In this document: in pieces, positions 1-7,390 of the stretch
How the letters are laid out: each line of letters begins with the position of its first letter
Numbering within the stretch: the first letter of the stretch is position 1
Source: an uncultured Gemmatimonadales bacterium
Lineage (GTDB): Bacteria > Gemmatimonadota > Gemmatimonadetes > Gemmatimonadales > GWC2-71-9
NCBI GenBank assembly: GCA_963730185.1
Contig: CAVSQW010000007.1
Location: forward strand, 320,001-384,000
Length of the DNA stretch: 64,000 nt
Reading direction: 5' to 3'
Notes under the pieces: model-generated
The model's input: the letters and a program-made list of their open reading frames with translations, nothing else
What the model was told of the DNA's origin: nothing
The model's database searches: none
Translations under genes and position numbers: made by a program

Positions 1-2
1 CG

Positions 3-500
3 CAGATCCGGGCGCCGGTCAAGAGCCCGACCCTGACCACCAGGACGCTCACCCCAATCGCCACCACCAGCCTGGAGGCGGTCGGCGGGAGCGGTCTTCT
101 CGGCAACGTGGTCATCCGGACCTGGGCCGAGCAGGTCAAGGTGATGAGCGGGTCGGTGATCGGAACGACCGGATTCCTGGAGATGAGCTCGCCCGTGCCC
201 GGCGCCGGTATCCCCGGAAGTCGCCTCCTGATTCGCTCCGAGGCGCCGGTGCCGACCGGCATCTACGCGGTGACGATCGGCTTCAACCGCGCTCGCGGGG
301 GCGACGTGATCCAGGTCAGTGACGGCAACAACGGGCAGGTGATCGGGAGCTGTACCCTCACCCAGCAACCCAACTACAACGACGTCCAGCCCTGCGTCGT
401 CTCGCTCACCGTCTTGAGCGGATCGCTCTTCGTCTCGGCCAGTCCGACCGTGGGCGTCCAGCTTCACCCGACCTCGATCACCGTCTCGCGGATGCGTTGA
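3..500 (+). CDS. Hypothetical protein, 5'-truncated by window edge (beta-rich, probably exported)
   Basis: Frame is open from position 3 (QIRAPVKSPTLTT...) to TGA at 498-500, with GC3-rich codons. No recognisable family. Confidence 0.6.
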   Translation, partial: QIRAPVKSPTLTTRTLTPIATTSLEAVGGSGLLGNVVIRTWAEQVKVMSGSVIGTTGFLEMSSPVPGAGIPGSRLLIRSEAPVPTGIYAVTIGFNRARGGDVIQVSDGNNGQVIGSCTLTQQPNYNDVQPCVVSLTVLSGSLFVSASPTVGVQLHPTSITVSRMR

Positions 501-533
501 CGCGACGGCGACCACGTTTTCTGGAGGTTGCTC

Positions 534-1541
534 ATGAAACCCGCAGTGTGGACGCTCGGTCTCGCCCTCGTGGCCGCCGTCGGTTGGACCAAAGAGGGCG
601 TGGCGCAGAACGCGAAGACCAGCTTTGCCCCGGTCGGCACGAGGGCGACCCTCCACGTCACGATCCAGGTGACGGGAACCGGACGGGAAGGCTTCCGAAG
701 CGGCGCCTTCGACTCGCTCCGGTGGAACGTCCGCCACACGGTGCAGTTCGAGACGACCCTGGAAGCCCTCGACCCGATCGCCGACACCTCGAGCGGCAAC
801 CGCGCCGCGCTCGCGGCCACCGATTCCGCGGCCAAGGACGTTCTCGGCGACGATGCCGAGACGGTCCAGGAGAAGTGGGACGAGAAGATGGACGCGTGCG
901 ACGGAAACGAGACCTGCGAGATGCGGGTCACGGCCGCCATGATGGCCGATCCCGCCTATCGCAAGCTGATTCTCAAGGTCCAGGCACGGGGCGCGGAGGT
1001 GCTCGGCCAAGCAGCGGCGATCAACGTCACCCCCCGTTACCAGATCTGGGGGTACCGGATCGGTCCCGACCTGCCGCCACCCACCGTGAAGGGCACCGCG
1101 AGCCTCGAGCGCCGCAACAAGATGTTCGGGATGGTGTCCACCGACGGCAGCCCCAAGAGCGACGGAACCAGCGGGTGGAGCCGGACCGGGCCACTCCCGC
1201 CGGATGCCATGCCCGCCCACGGCGGGCAGCTGGTCGTCGACGGGCAGACGGGCGGATATCGGATCGTCGTGCCGGCCCAGCTCGTCCTTCCAGCCGACGA
1301 ATGCTCCGGTGATGGCGATGTCTGCACGCCCACCGGGGACGAGGTCACGGTGCCGCTGATTGACGGCAAGCCCGCCCACGGTGATTACTTCGAGAGCGAT
1401 CTGGCGGCGACAGGAAAGGTCGTTTCTCGCGTCGGCCCGACAGCGAGCGGCACGCTGAGCTTCAGTCCGGTGCTCGATGGGGACGGGTCGATCAAGGTCA
1501 CGGTCGAGTGGAGCTTCCAACCGGAGGGGGCGTCCAAGTGA
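534..1541 (+). CDS. Secreted hypothetical protein
   Basis: GGAGG RBS before ATG534; signal peptide MKPAVWTLGLALVAAVGW...VAQ; two Cys pairs (CDGNETC, CSGDGDVC). Confidence 0.75.
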   Translation: MKPAVWTLGLALVAAVGWTKEGVAQNAKTSFAPVGTRATLHVTIQVTGTGREGFRSGAFDSLRWNVRHTVQFETTLEALDPIADTSSGNRAALAATDSAAKDVLGDDAETVQEKWDEKMDACDGNETCEMRVTAAMMADPAYRKLILKVQARGAEVLGQAAAINVTPRYQIWGYRIGPDLPPPTVKGTASLERRNKMFGMVSTDGSPKSDGTSGWSRTGPLPPDAMPAHGGQLVVDGQTGGYRIVVPAQLVLPADECSGDGDVCTPTGDEVTVPLIDGKPAHGDYFESDLAATGKVVSRVGPTASGTLSFSPVLDGDGSIKVTVEWSFQPEGASK

Positions 1542-2089
1542 ACGTCGCACGCATACGCGGCATCCTGCTCAGCCCGAAATCCGAATGGTCCGCGATCGCC
1601 GCGGAGGAGGTCGAGGCCCGCGACCTCTGGCTGAAGTGGGTGCTGCCGCTGTCGCTGATCGGTCCGGTGGCGGGGCTGGTCGGTGGGCTCCTCTTCGGGG
1701 GCCCGCTGGCCAGTCTGACCGGGTTTCGGCTCGGGGCTCGGTATTACCTGCAGGCCGCCGTGGTTGCGGTCGTCGGGAGCCTGCTCGCGGTGGCGGTGGT
1801 CTCGGTCCTGGCGCGAGTGCTCGCGCCGAGGTTCGGAGCTCGCTGCGAGGGGACCACCGGTCTCAAGCTGGCGGCCTATTCCTTTACGGCCGCCTGGCTG
1901 GCCGGCGTATTCGGCCTGATTCCGGCGTTGGCTCCGCTATCGCTCGTCGGCCTGTACAGCCTGTACCTGCTTTACCTTGGCCTTCGGCCCCTCACCGCCG
2001 TGCCCGACGACAAGGCGGTGCCGTACGCCGCGGCGCTCATCGTCGGCGGCATGGTGGCATCGCTGGGGCTGAGCTGGCTCTTGCGGTAG
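1538..2089 (+). CDS. Yip1-family membrane protein
   Basis: GTGA overlap with the upstream stop; motifs RIRGILLSPKSEW, LAPRFG, KLAAYSFTAAW, LYSLYLLYLGL typical of bacterial Yip1. Confidence 0.85.
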   Translation: MNVARIRGILLSPKSEWSAIAAEEVEARDLWLKWVLPLSLIGPVAGLVGGLLFGGPLASLTGFRLGARYYLQAAVVAVVGSLLAVAVVSVLARVLAPRFGARCEGTTGLKLAAYSFTAAWLAGVFGLIPALAPLSLVGLYSLYLLYLGLRPLTAVPDDKAVPYAAALIVGGMVASLGLSWLLR

Positions 2090-2130
2090 GAGGGCGCGGC
2101 TGACGCCCTCGTCCCGACTCGAGGTGAATC

Positions 2131-2283
2131 ATGACGACGGAACAGAGCAATCTCGCGACCGTCCGGGCCTTCTTCGCGGCGATGCAGTCGGGCGGCGAGC
2201 CGGGCGCGGCCAGCGGGCGACCCGTCGCCCGGATCGCGAAGTGCGGTCTGCCCCTCGCCGCTCCGGCCGAGGCGCCGGATTAG
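2131..2283 (+). pseudogene. N-terminal remnant of a SnoaL/NTF2-like protein
   Basis: GAGGTG RBS then MTTEQSNLATVRAFFAAMQSG, a typical SnoaL-like first helix; degenerates and stops after 50 aa. Confidence 0.4.
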
Positions 2284-2413
2284 CGCTGGTCAGCGTGCCA
2301 GCCTGAATGACGCGGGTGAAGAGGTAGCCTTCGTCCCCCTCGGTCTTTCCGACTTCCAAGACGGGCGGGGGCTCCAGCAACCATTGCTCCGGGGAGGAGT
2401 TAGGATGGAACAT
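2280..2413 (-). pseudogene. Possible remnant of a 6-bladed beta-propeller protein N-terminus
   Basis: Translates as WLLEPPPVLEVGKTEGDEGYLFTRVIQAGTL, resembling the N-terminal motif of 6-bladed propeller proteins; no continuation. Confidence 0.3.
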
Positions 2414-2569
2414 GGCACCGCTCCGGGCCGTGGGGAAGGGGCGGCGCCCGTTGCACTTCCCTAGGCTCGGCCCGACCTTCCAGCCCTCCGATCGCGGCCT
2501 GCCGGCGTGGGACGTGGACCGCTTGGTGGAGCTCTCGAGCGGAGCGGAGCGTTCACCTGAGGAGTCTCG

Positions 2570-3313
2570 ATGACGAAGCCTACGGAAGGGTTCTCTCCAG
2601 TGACCAACGCCAGGATCGCCGGCGTCCTCTACCTCGTCATCATCGCGCTCGGGGTCACGAGCGAAGCGGTGATCCGCGGCGGGCTGGTCGTCCGGGGAGA
2701 CCCGGCGGCGACAGCGGCGAACATCCTGGGCTCGGAGGGGCTCTTCCGGCTCGGCTTCCTGGCCGACTCGATCGTCTTCCTGAGTGACGCGGCGGTCGCC
2801 GTGCTCCTCTACCTCCTGCTCCGACCCGTCAATCGGACCGTGGCGATGGTCGCCGCGGCCTTCCGGCTGACCCAGACCGCGGTGCTCGCCCTCAATCTCC
2901 TCAATCAGCACGCCGCGCTGCTCGTGCTGACCGGGCCGGACTACGCGGCCTTCGAGCCAGGCCAGCGGCAGGCGCTGGCCTACCTGATGCTCGACCGCCA
3001 CGGGCATGGCTACGACCTGGGTCTGCTCTTCTTCGGCGTGCACTGCGCCCTGCTGGGCTACCTAATCGTGAAGTCGGGGTTTCTTCCCAAGCTCGTCGGT
3101 GTTCTGCTGATGGGCGCCGCGGCGGCGTATCTGATCGGGAGCTACACCCGCTTCCTCGCCCCAGGCCTGGTGACGGCCGTCGCGCCGGTCTACGGCGTGG
3201 CCCTGGCGGCGGAGCTGGCGCTCTGCGGCTGGTTGTTGGTGAAAGGGGTGAACCTGGACCGCTGGCGGCTACTGGTGGAGCGCGGCGACTCGCCGCGGGT
3301 CCCCGAGTCCTGA
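2570..3313 (+). CDS. DUF4386 family membrane protein
   Basis: GAGGAG RBS; ARIAGVLYL, GDPAATAANI, LLRPVN, LFFGVHC, KSGFLPK..G..L, ELAL..WLLVKG motifs. Confidence 0.85.
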   Translation: MTKPTEGFSPVTNARIAGVLYLVIIALGVTSEAVIRGGLVVRGDPAATAANILGSEGLFRLGFLADSIVFLSDAAVAVLLYLLLRPVNRTVAMVAAAFRLTQTAVLALNLLNQHAALLVLTGPDYAAFEPGQRQALAYLMLDRHGHGYDLGLLFFGVHCALLGYLIVKSGFLPKLVGVLLMGAAAAYLIGSYTRFLAPGLVTAVAPVYGVALAAELALCGWLLVKGVNLDRWRLLVERGDSPRVPES

Positions 3314-3567
3314 CAGCCCACCCACTACCAAACACCCAGCGTGCCGAGTGTGGAGGAGTCGCCGAGCCAGGCGATGTCGCGAATCCCTGGGCGGACGGCG
3401 GACCGGTGGTGATCGCCGACTCGGTCGGAGGGCTGGCGCCGGGCCGGCTGGATACGGTTCGCGCCGAGCTCTCGATCTACCGGTGCTCGGGTTACTGAGG
3501 CGCTCGGAGGCGGCGGTGTCGCGGCACCCGGCCAGCAGAGCGCGATCGCCGGTCCGGTCGTCGCCGA

Positions 3568-4977
3568 CTAGATGCTGGCGGCCGGCAGCCGGAGCGTGAA
3601 CGACGCCCCGACGGCCACCTCGTCCAGTACCAGCGTCCCGCCATGCGCGGCCGCCATCGATCGGGCGATCGCCAGTCCCAGCCCGCTTCCCGGCACCGCG
3701 GGCGAAAACCGGGTGAACCGATCGAAGATCCGGTGCCGATGGGCCGGCGCGATGCCCGGCCCGCTGTCGTGTACCCGGGCCCACGCCAGGCTGCCGTCGG
3801 GTCGGACCTCCACCCCGGTGCTGAGCTCGATCGCCGCGCCGGGCGCGTGGAGCAGGGCGTTCCGCACCAGGACCATCAGGACCCGCTCGAGCATCGCCGG
3901 GTCGCCGATCGCGGGAGCCGCCTCGAACTCGCCCCGGCGGATCACTCGCCCCTCCGCCTCCGGGAGCTTTCGGGCCCGGGCCAGCACGCCGTTCATCACG
4001 TCGTCCAGATAGAGCTTCTTTTGTTCCGGCCGGATGGCCCGCTCGTCGCCGCGGGCGATCAGGAGCAGGTCGTTCAGCAGCTCCCCCAACCGGTCCGACT
4101 CCGCGGCGACCCGTTCCAAAGCGCTCCGGTAACCGGCCAGCTCCGCCTCACCCTGGAGGGTGACTTCGGCGTCGCTCCGGAGAATTGCCACCGGGGTTCG
4201 GAGCTCGTGGGCGGCGTCGGCCAGGAACCGGCGCTGACGCTCCGCCGTTGCGCGCTCCTCCGCCAGCGCGGCGCCCAGCCGGTCCACCAGTTGGTTGAAG
4301 GCGGCCGTGAGGGTGCCGATCTCGTCCGCCACCGGGTGGGGTGACAGGTGCTCGAACGAGGTCGCGCCCCGGGCCACCTCGGCGCCGATCCGCTCGGCCG
4401 CGGCGGCCACGCCCCCGATCGGGCGGAGCACGGCGCCCGAGCCCCAGATGCCCACGCCGGCGCCGATCAGCAGGATCAGCGGCAACGCCAGCAGCATCGT
4501 GTGCCGAAAGGTCCGGACCTGGCCGTCGAGCGGCGCGGTGCTCATCGCGATCGCGATCCTGACGTTCTCGGTCAGCGGCGTGAGCAGGACCCGGGCGCGG
4601 CCCTCGTTCAACCTGATCGTCTCGGGCCGCATCGGCGGCAGGTCGGCCGGGGCGTCGCCGAACCAGGGCTGGTCGTCGAACCGCTGACCGGTGGCCAGAC
4701 GGCGGCCGGCGCCGTCGAACGCCACCAGAGTCCGATCGCCGTAGGTGAGCTCGCCCACCACGTGTACTACGGTCGCGAGGGCGCTCCCGTGCTCCAACCG
4801 GTCGTGCTCGAAGAGTGATGCGGCCGCATGCCCCGCGTCGTGAAGCCCATCGTCGAAGTGGGCCCGATAGCCGTGGGCCAGGAACAGATAGAGGCCCAGG
4901 GCGCCGAGGCCGAGGAGCACGGCGAACCCCGCCGTGAAGACGAGGGCCAGCCGGAGCCGGAGGGTGAGGCCCGTCAC
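3568..4977 (-). CDS. HAMP-domain sensor histidine kinase
   Basis: Two TM segments, HAMP (DEIGTL..AFN), H-box DAAHELRTP, N-box NALLH, G-boxes DSGPG and GSGLGL. Confidence 0.92.
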   Translation of the reverse strand: MTGLTLRLRLALVFTAGFAVLLGLGALGLYLFLAHGYRAHFDDGLHDAGHAAASLFEHDRLEHGSALATVVHVVGELTYGDRTLVAFDGAGRRLATGQRFDDQPWFGDAPADLPPMRPETIRLNEGRARVLLTPLTENVRIAIAMSTAPLDGQVRTFRHTMLLALPLILLIGAGVGIWGSGAVLRPIGGVAAAAERIGAEVARGATSFEHLSPHPVADEIGTLTAAFNQLVDRLGAALAEERATAERQRRFLADAAHELRTPVAILRSDAEVTLQGEAELAGYRSALERVAAESDRLGELLNDLLLIARGDERAIRPEQKKLYLDDVMNGVLARARKLPEAEGRVIRRGEFEAAPAIGDPAMLERVLMVLVRNALLHAPGAAIELSTGVEVRPDGSLAWARVHDSGPGIAPAHRHRIFDRFTRFSPAVPGSGLGLAIARSMAAAHGGTLVLDEVAVGASFTLRLPAASI

Positions 4978-5663
4978 CCGGCGGCGGCGGCGCGCCCGGG
5001 ATCGAGCGTGTAGCCGGCCCCTCGGACGGTGTGGAGCAACGGCGCCAGGCCGGGCCGGTCGATCTTCCGCCGAAGCCGCATCACGTAGACGTCGATGACG
5101 TTGGAGAAGGGATCATAGTTCTCATCCCACACCGCCCGGCTGATCGCGGCCCGGTTCAGCACCGAGCCGGCGTTCCGAACGAAATAGTCGAGGAGGGCGT
5201 ACTCGGTGGTCGTGAGCTCGATCGGGGTGCCCGCCCGGGTGGCGCTCCGCGACGACGGATCGAGCACCAAGTCGCCCAGCTCCAGCAAGGGCGGCCGGGC
5301 TTCGGGTGCCCGGCGCTGGAGCGCCCGGAGCCGGGCCAGCAGCTCCTCGAACGCGAAGGGCTTGACCAGATAGTCGTCGGCGCCCCGGTCCAGGCCCGTC
5401 ACCCGGTCGTCGATGGTGTCACGGGCGGTGAGGATGAGGACCGGAAGCGAATCCTGGCGGCCCCGGAGGTCGGTCACCAGATCGAACCCGCTGCCGTCGG
5501 GCAGATTCACGTCGAGCACCAGAACGTCGTAACGCTCCGTCGCCAGCTTCTCGCGGGCCGCCGAAAGCCGGTCGGTCACGTCTACCGCGTGCGCCGCCTG
5601 CCGGAGCCCGCGCGCGATGTTGTCGGCGAGCCGGGCCTCGTCCTCCACCAGTAGCACGCGCAC
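4974..5663 (-). CDS. OmpR/CusR-family response regulator
   Basis: VRVLLVEDE, LDVNLP, LTAR, GADDYLVKPF, LTTTEYALL, NVIDVY..RLR, TVRGAGY; GTG start chosen at 5663. Confidence 0.92.
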   Translation of the reverse strand: MRVLLVEDEARLADNIARGLRQAAHAVDVTDRLSAAREKLATERYDVLVLDVNLPDGSGFDLVTDLRGRQDSLPVLILTARDTIDDRVTGLDRGADDYLVKPFAFEELLARLRALQRRAPEARPPLLELGDLVLDPSSRSATRAGTPIELTTTEYALLDYFVRNAGSVLNRAAISRAVWDENYDPFSNVIDVYVMRLRRKIDRPGLAPLLHTVRGAGYTLDPGRAAAAG

Positions 5664-5739
5664 GACGACCCCCCCTGAAGGCGTGATCGAGAAATCTATT
5701 CTCTGACCGTGAACTGGCGATGAAGGGCTCCGAACGAGT

Positions 5740-5772
5740 GTTAATGGTCGTTTCATGGTCTCGCGTTAGGTT
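5740..5772 (+). promoter_or_regulatory. Putative OmpR-family direct-repeat binding site plus -10 element
   Basis: TTAATGGTC and TTCATGGTC repeated at an 11-bp period (5741, 5752), then TAGGTT at 5767-5772, upstream of the TolC fragment and divergent from the RR. Confidence 0.5.
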
Positions 5773-5814
5773 CGGGCTCCGCTTTGTCCAGACTGGTGCG
5801 GGCGATCGGGAATC

Positions 5815-6036
5815 GTGTTGCTTGCTTTGGCGACACTGGTGACCGTCGGTGCCCCCGTCGACACGCTGCGTCTCGCGCCGGGCGAGGCCCTTGCTCGGGC
5901 GGAGCAGGTGTCGTTCGCGGTGCGTGCGGCCGACGCCCGGGCTCGCGCGGCGCGGTCCGGCGTGGGGGCGGCCCGAGCCTGGCCCAATCCGACCCTCAAC
6001 GCGGGGGTCGAGAACCTGGTGCCCAGCGGCAGGTGA
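5815..6036 (+). pseudogene. TolC/CzcC-family outer-membrane factor, N-terminal fragment
   Basis: Signal-like start, DTLRL..GEALARA...ARAWPNPTL...ENL motif typical of CzcC/TolC, then an abrupt stop. Confidence 0.7.
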
Positions 6037-6042
6037 CCGGCC

Positions 6043-7141
6043 GTGATGGCCTGGCCGGGTGGGATGGGCGCCCGGGTGGAGCGGGTGCTGGCCGGGACCC
6101 CCGGAGCGTCGGAGGTGAAGGCCACGGCCTCGGCCCGGGTCAACCAGCTCCAGCTCGACCTGCACCGTGAGACGATGGCCCGGTACGGCGTGGGCTCGGC
6201 GGACGTGGGGCGTGAGGTGGAACGAGCCTTGGGCGCCGCGGTGGCCACGGTGGTGGTGGACGGCCCCCGCCGAAGCGGGGTAGGGGTTCGGATCCCCGGG
6301 GCCGGGACCCTGGCACCCGAGAGCCTCGGCGACCTGCCGATTCCCGCGCCGGGCGGTTGGCGGTGCCGCTTTCGGCGGTGGCGTCGATCCGGACCGCGCA
6401 GGCGCCCGAGGCCTTCGCGCACGAGGGCGCTCAGCGGATGTGGTGGTGGGCGCCAACGTCCGGGGACGAGACCTGGGCGGCTTCGTGGACGACGCCTCGC
6501 TCCGCTTGGCCCAGCAGGTTCCGGCCCCCGAGGGCTACTGGTACGAGTGGGGCGGCCAGTACCAGCACCGGCAGACCGCCATGCGGCGGCTCGGCATCCT
6601 GGTGCCGATCGCGATCATCGGGATCTACCTCCTGCTCTCCTGGGCCTTCCGGACCGTCCGGCACGCCGCACTCATCATGAGCTACGTGCCCTTCGCCTTG
6701 CTCGGCGGGGTCGCCGCGCTCTGGATCGCCGGGCTGAACCTGAGCATCTCGGCCGCGATCGGGTTCATCGCCCTCTTCGGCATCGCGGTCCTCAACGGGG
6801 AGGTGATGGTGAGCTACATCAACGAGCTCCGGGAGGGCGGCGAGCGGCTGGAGCGCGCGGTGGTGCACGGGGCCGCGACCCGGCTCCGCCCGGTGTTGAT
6901 GACGGCGCTGGTGGCCGGCTTCGGCTTCGTGCCCATGGCGCTCTCGCACTCGCCGGGCGCCGAGCTGCAACGTCCGCTGGCCACGGTGGTGATCGGCGGC
7001 CTGGTCACCGCCACCCTGCTCACCCTGCTGGTGCTGCCGACACTCCACGTGGTGGTCGAACGCTGGAGCTCGCAGTACGAGGACGTGAAGGAGGAAGAGA
7101 CGGTCGAGGAGGAGCTCGGGCTGGACCCGATGGGGGCATAG
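6043..7141 (+). pseudogene. CusA/CzcA-family RND pump, C-terminal third, frameshifted
   Basis: Three frames join: ...MARYG...LPIPAPGG / LAVPLSAVASI...EGAQRM / VVVGANVRGRDLG...WGGQY...GFIALFGIAVLNG...RLRPVLMTA...LQRPLATVVIGG. Shifts near 6355 and 6440. Confidence 0.8.
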
Positions 7142-7240
7142 GGGGACCGGTCGTCCTCCCGCCCCGGCTGAGACGACCGCCGGCCACGCTGCATTAGACA
7201 GACATCGGTTCCACTATCTCTCTCGACCCGGGAGCCTCCG

Positions 7241-7387
7241 ATGTTTGCGCCCCTTCTCCGATCCAGGCGCTCGCTGCGCGCCCTGGCCGTCGTTCTGGCC
7301 ATCACCTGCACGGGGTGTCCGTTCGGCTGTAAGGACGGGACCACCGAACCCTGCTACAACGAACAGACCCACGAGACCAACTGTTGA
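7241..7387 (+). CDS. Small Cys-rich putative lipoprotein (48 aa)
   Basis: GGAG RBS; MFAPLLRSRRSLRALAVVLAITCTGCPFGCKDGTTEPCYNEQTHETNC*; basic n-region, hydrophobic h-region and lipobox-like Cys; stop abuts the convergent kinase stop. Confidence 0.6.
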   Translation: MFAPLLRSRRSLRALAVVLAITCTGCPFGCKDGTTEPCYNEQTHETNC

Positions 7388-7390
7388 GGG

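Noticed and set aside
7241..7387. RiPP precursor reading of the Cys-rich peptide
   Set aside because: No radical SAM, lanthipeptide or YcaO enzymes nearby; the N-terminus looks like a lipoprotein signal.
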